DNA of 49,895 bases from an uncultured archaeon (lineage in GTDB: Archaea > Asgardarchaeota > Thorarchaeia > Thorarchaeales > Thorarchaeaceae), in the NCBI GenBank assembly GCA_964558645.1, contig CAZLEV010000019.1:1-49895 (forward strand), written 5' to 3'. Below are positions 46,845-49,895 of the stretch, in pieces. Numbering within the stretch: position 1 is the first letter of the stretch; every line of letters starts with the position of its first letter. The notes under the pieces were generated by a model that worked only from the letters and a program-made list of their open reading frames with translations, searched no databases and was not told where the DNA came from. Both the position numbers and the translations under genes were made by a program.

Positions 46845-47627
46845 CTATTGGATTATTGAAAGTAAGGTGGGGAGTTCTGTACGAGCCCAATCAGTCAACA
46901 CCAGCGGCTTCTCTCTGCCAAATACACGAACATATCCCAGTATGCCGTCATTCAGAAGATTACTCGTGTAATAGGAAACCAAGCTCTTATCGAGTTCGAG
47001 ATTTCGACTCAGTTCAGCCTGCGTTATTCGGCCAATTTCAAGAATCTCCCTAAGAATCGCTCGAGCAGTTGGATTTCGCAAGACTGATGTCAGGTGAAGC
47101 ACCTTGGCATCGGAGGAGAAGTCAGAGAGGAAGAAATGCTTGGTGTTTCCTGATTTATGAGACTCGATCAAACACTCAGCCTCCAGGTTACGCAGATGGT
47201 ATTGCAGAGCGCCCATTGCACAATCGACAGTTCGCTTCAATTCACGCAGATGAATGCCTGGTTGGTCAGCTATCTCCGCTACCACGCGGTCACGCAGCTT
47301 TCCACTACTACGCTCACGCTTCTCTGTCGCTACCGTTCCGATTGCCAGAGCAAACAACCCAGACACTGAAGCAGTGCCTCCAGTCCAAGAGAAAGCATCC
47401 ATTGTGCTGAATTGCATCTGGACTGTGCTCATTGTCGAGTTCCAGAAACTGCTCGGTCCCGAGCTGTCGGAGAAAGCGAGATCTTGAACAGCGAGGGATT
47501 GCTCTCCGGATTGCATCTGAACGAGGTAAAGACCCAGCATTCCGGTTGTAAGCAATAAGAATGCAGCTGCAGCTATGATTTGCTTCGTCGTCCCGCCATT
47601 CATGGTATAGACCAGGCTTACTACCAT
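46845..47627 (-). CDS. Membrane-anchored double winged-helix transcriptional regulator
   Basis: Two hydrophobic segments, then PGIHLRELKR....MGALQYHLRNLE and ITQAELSRNLELDKSLVSYY wHTH domains. Confidence 0.82.
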   Translation of the reverse strand: MVVSLVYTMNGGTTKQIIAAAAFLLLTTGMLGLYLVQMQSGEQSLAVQDLAFSDSSGPSSFWNSTMSTVQMQFSTMDAFSWTGGTASVSGLFALAIGTVATEKRERSSGKLRDRVVAEIADQPGIHLRELKRTVDCAMGALQYHLRNLEAECLIESHKSGNTKHFFLSDFSSDAKVLHLTSVLRNPTARAILREILEIGRITQAELSRNLELDKSLVSYYTSNLLNDGILGYVRVFGREKPLVLTDWARTELPTLLSIIQ

Positions 47628-47695
47628 GGATTAGTAGTTAAAGCTTGGTTTCGGTGAAAGGATGTACTAGCTCCAAGAAGGAGAAGATAGGGCTT

Positions 47696-48259
47696 CTAGC
47701 CACGTGCAGGATAAGACATTGTTATCTTGAAAGAACAGGCCTCAGCTCCCGTCGACATGCACTTTTCTTCGATCACCACAAGCTTCTCATACTCGATTCT
47801 ATTGAAGTCAGTCAGGTATTCAAGTACCGCCTCGATGAATCCTTTAAGGAAATAACATGTGGGTTCGTCACTGTCAACTCCAGCAGCATATGGGTTGTCT
47901 CTAATCTCAATGACTGCCTCCTCGTCAAGGAAGAGCTTGTACAGCTTCTCTATCTTGATATCACCAAAAGGGACAATGAGGGTCTCCATGGCCATCTTGA
48001 TGAACTCAATAATCCCTTTGAAGTCCCCGGGAGGCTTCTGATTGCCTATTTTGAAGTATTCACGTTGTGCCTCTAGACCAGCAAGTCGCCCGGCGCTGTA
48101 GTAGAGGTCTTTTGTCTTCTCCGGAAACATCACCTCGATGCGATTTCCAATCTTCGTCCAAGTCTTGCTAAAGAAGGCTCGCATCAGTTCTCGCTCTTTG
48201 AGGCGACCTTGCCACCATTCTATGACTTTGTGTTCCTTCGACATACTGGAGCTCACCAA
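47696..48259 (-). CDS. V4R domain protein
   Basis: YYSAGRLAG, FGDIKI, DNPYA...PTCYFLKGFIEA, EEKCMSTGAEACSF. Confidence 0.85.
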   Translation of the reverse strand: MVSSSMSKEHKVIEWWQGRLKERELMRAFFSKTWTKIGNRIEVMFPEKTKDLYYSAGRLAGLEAQREYFKIGNQKPPGDFKGIIEFIKMAMETLIVPFGDIKIEKLYKLFLDEEAVIEIRDNPYAAGVDSDEPTCYFLKGFIEAVLEYLTDFNRIEYEKLVVIEEKCMSTGAEACSFKITMSYPARG

Positions 48260-48308
48260 TTAGTGATTCTCTTAGCTCGTGTTTGGTTAAGTTTCTTGTC
48301 ATGATGTG

Positions 48309-48782
48309 CTAGACAAGACGCACATTCCACGTGCATTCATCGGCACCAGTTGCTCGACAGGACTCCTCAAAGACCTTTGCGTCCACTCCCTTGAATTGCA
48401 AAACTGACTGGAGAATTCCACTGAAGGCCTCACAGTATCCGAAACCTCGCATCCCCTCCAGATTCACCTCTTGACACCAGATGCAAGAGTCATCGCTGAC
48501 TCTCACAGATCCTCGGGCAGACTCCATATCCACCTCCGAAGGCTTCTTGTCGAACAGGACCTTAAAAAGAACCTCAATCAGCTTTGAAACGTCTTCTCGA
48601 GTCGTGATGGTTTCCTTGGTCTTATCAACAATCTCAGTTGTGAGATAAATCTGCTGAGCCATCTCACCACCAAGTGCTCTGAGTCTTTCATTCGCTTCTT
48701 CCACATTTTTCGTGGATCTCAGGATGTCGTCAACCATCTTGGAGTAAATGGATAAGAACAACGGATTCTCTATCTTGGCCAT
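48309..48782 (-). CDS. TRAPP Bet3-like / V4R-fold protein
   Basis: KIENPLFLSIYSKMV..IL......EEANERLRALGGEMA matches the Bet3 N-terminal pattern; YCEAFSGILQSVL; C-terminal C...G...C. Confidence 0.78.
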   Translation of the reverse strand: MAKIENPLFLSIYSKMVDDILRSTKNVEEANERLRALGGEMAQQIYLTTEIVDKTKETITTREDVSKLIEVLFKVLFDKKPSEVDMESARGSVRVSDDSCIWCQEVNLEGMRGFGYCEAFSGILQSVLQFKGVDAKVFEESCRATGADECTWNVRLV

Positions 48783-48814
48783 TGAAATCTAACCTCTTGT
48801 AGCAATCTGTACAC

Positions 48815-49825
48815 CTAGACAGTCTTTCCAATCATCTGCATACCATGTCGTCTGTATTGCGCCAGTACTTGGATGACTCTCGGAACAGGTACTCCAGCAG
48901 CCTTCGCAATCTGCTCCGGAGTCTTTGTGCCGTCACAGAGCTCGACTATTGGTGCATCTTCAGGATTTATTTTTGATTCGTCCCCTGCAAACTTTGGTAC
49001 CTTAACAAATCGGCCAAAACCGCCCGTTTCCTCATCGGGGGTGTCAGACGGGGATCTTTGAGGCGCAGTCACTATGCCCTTTGCTGCAGCCCATTTCAGC
49101 AGATCGATGACACGCTCAAGTGGCTGGAACATGGACTCCGCTATGTCGCGAACTGGAGTGTTTCCGTCCACCAACATCAGAACATCAAACCCGAAATTCC
49201 GGTAGACCTTCTTCATCTCCTTATACAAATCGGAATCCAGAGACAGAGCATTTGGATAGGCTTTACCTCTGCCAGGTACTGACGAAGGAGTGAGTTGAAA
49301 ATCACTGGGGGATAGCTCTTCCGGTTCTGCCTGCAGGGCAGGTGCAGATTCTTCAGATGGAGTTATAACGGTTTCAGATGGGCCGGGGCTCGGTGTAGTT
49401 GTTTCAGTTGAAGCCGCCTGGATGGCTATGCTCTCCAACACCTCTAAGTTCCCCTCAGCAGATTCCTCGAAGTCTTCGGGTGGAGGGGGGAGCTCGATTC
49501 CCTCAAGAAGACGAAGGACATTCTTGGTCTTCGCAATTGCAAGACCAAGCTGAAGTTCAGGCACATAGAGGACTGTCAAAATCCAATTATCATCAACAGG
49601 AGCCAAGACGACTAGACCCTGATCGGTGTCAATGGTCATGAGCCTCAGATCAGATTTGTAGAGATTGATGCTATCCTTGACGCGAGGAAATAGCTCTTCT
49701 GGAAATGAGAAACTAACAAACGGACGACCATTCTTGGTCATCAACGAGTATCCTAGAACCTGGTCATCGAAACGCAATTTCGACAGAGCTCTTTCTAGAT
49801 CACTGGCCAATCTTCTACACCTCAT
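48815..49825 (-). CDS. Roadblock/profilin-like N-terminal domain + S/T/P/E linker + two winged-helix domains (likely start TTG 49810; the frame is open to the window edge)
   Basis: VLGYSLMTKNGRPF, LQLGLAIAK; VLMLVDGNTPVRDIA and IVELCDGTKTPEQIA wHTH signatures; GAGGTG SD before TTG 49810. Confidence 0.72.
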   Translation of the reverse strand: MRCRRLASDLERALSKLRFDDQVLGYSLMTKNGRPFVSFSFPEELFPRVKDSINLYKSDLRLMTIDTDQGLVVLAPVDDNWILTVLYVPELQLGLAIAKTKNVLRLLEGIELPPPPEDFEESAEGNLEVLESIAIQAASTETTTPSPGPSETVITPSEESAPALQAEPEELSPSDFQLTPSSVPGRGKAYPNALSLDSDLYKEMKKVYRNFGFDVLMLVDGNTPVRDIAESMFQPLERVIDLLKWAAAKGIVTAPQRSPSDTPDEETGGFGRFVKVPKFAGDESKINPEDAPIVELCDGTKTPEQIAKAAGVPVPRVIQVLAQYRRHGMQMIGKTV

Positions 49826-49895
49826 ATTCGCTGAGGAAACTAGTCCTTCAGCAATAAGAACCTCCGTAGTAGTCTGAAAAGCATTGTGGTATTCA

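Noticed and set aside
49830-49852. GCTGAGGAAACTAGTCC resembling RNase P CR-I
   Set aside because: It forms a simple local hairpin at the window edge, the motif is imperfect, and there is no supporting context.
1-49895. Selenocysteine/pyrrolysine read-through, programmed frameshifts, transposases or prophage genes
   Set aside because: Recognised genes appear full length with ordinary stops; no split conserved domain, transposase or viral hallmark was seen by eye.

Overview
Gene-dense archaeal chromosomal window (roughly 50% GC by eye, GGTG/GGAGG Shine-Dalgarno sites, CTTAAA/TTATA TATA-like boxes, many TTG/GTG starts). It is almost certainly from an Asgard archaeon, most likely Thorarchaeia. 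Archaeal housekeeping genes: the pantoate kinase-phosphopantothenate synthetase-ketopantoate reductase operon plus coaBC, rtcB, tmk, ino1, class I CCA enzyme, eS26, TrmY-like, class I LysRS, archaetidylinositol-phosphate synthase, short XPF, SSB and an M42 peptidase. These are interleaved with many eukaryotic-signature-like genes: four different small GTPases (MglA-like, a CvnD/MglA-like GTPase with a natural Q>L switch-II substitution, a longin-Arf-like fusion with a very long acidic tail, and a Rab-like GTPase), a roadblock protein, a longin/uDENN-wHTH protein, an alpha-SNAP-like/PCI protein, and a Bet3/TRAPP-V4R-roadblock cluster. Highlights not explained by the ORF track: (i) a ~240-nt, heavily base-paired plus-strand RNA-like element (24181-24424) in front of a putative cobalamin ECF uptake operon, with unpaired segments complementary to a second structured intergenic element (21725-22139); (ii) a missed 59-aa CdrS/aCcr1-like ribbon-helix-helix gene with a palindromic operator; (iii) a 1288-aa surface-anchored gingipain-like (clan CD) protease with CWB2-like repeats. 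No rRNA, tRNA, CRISPR array or transposase was recognised. All family calls come from motif recognition by eye; no searches were run.
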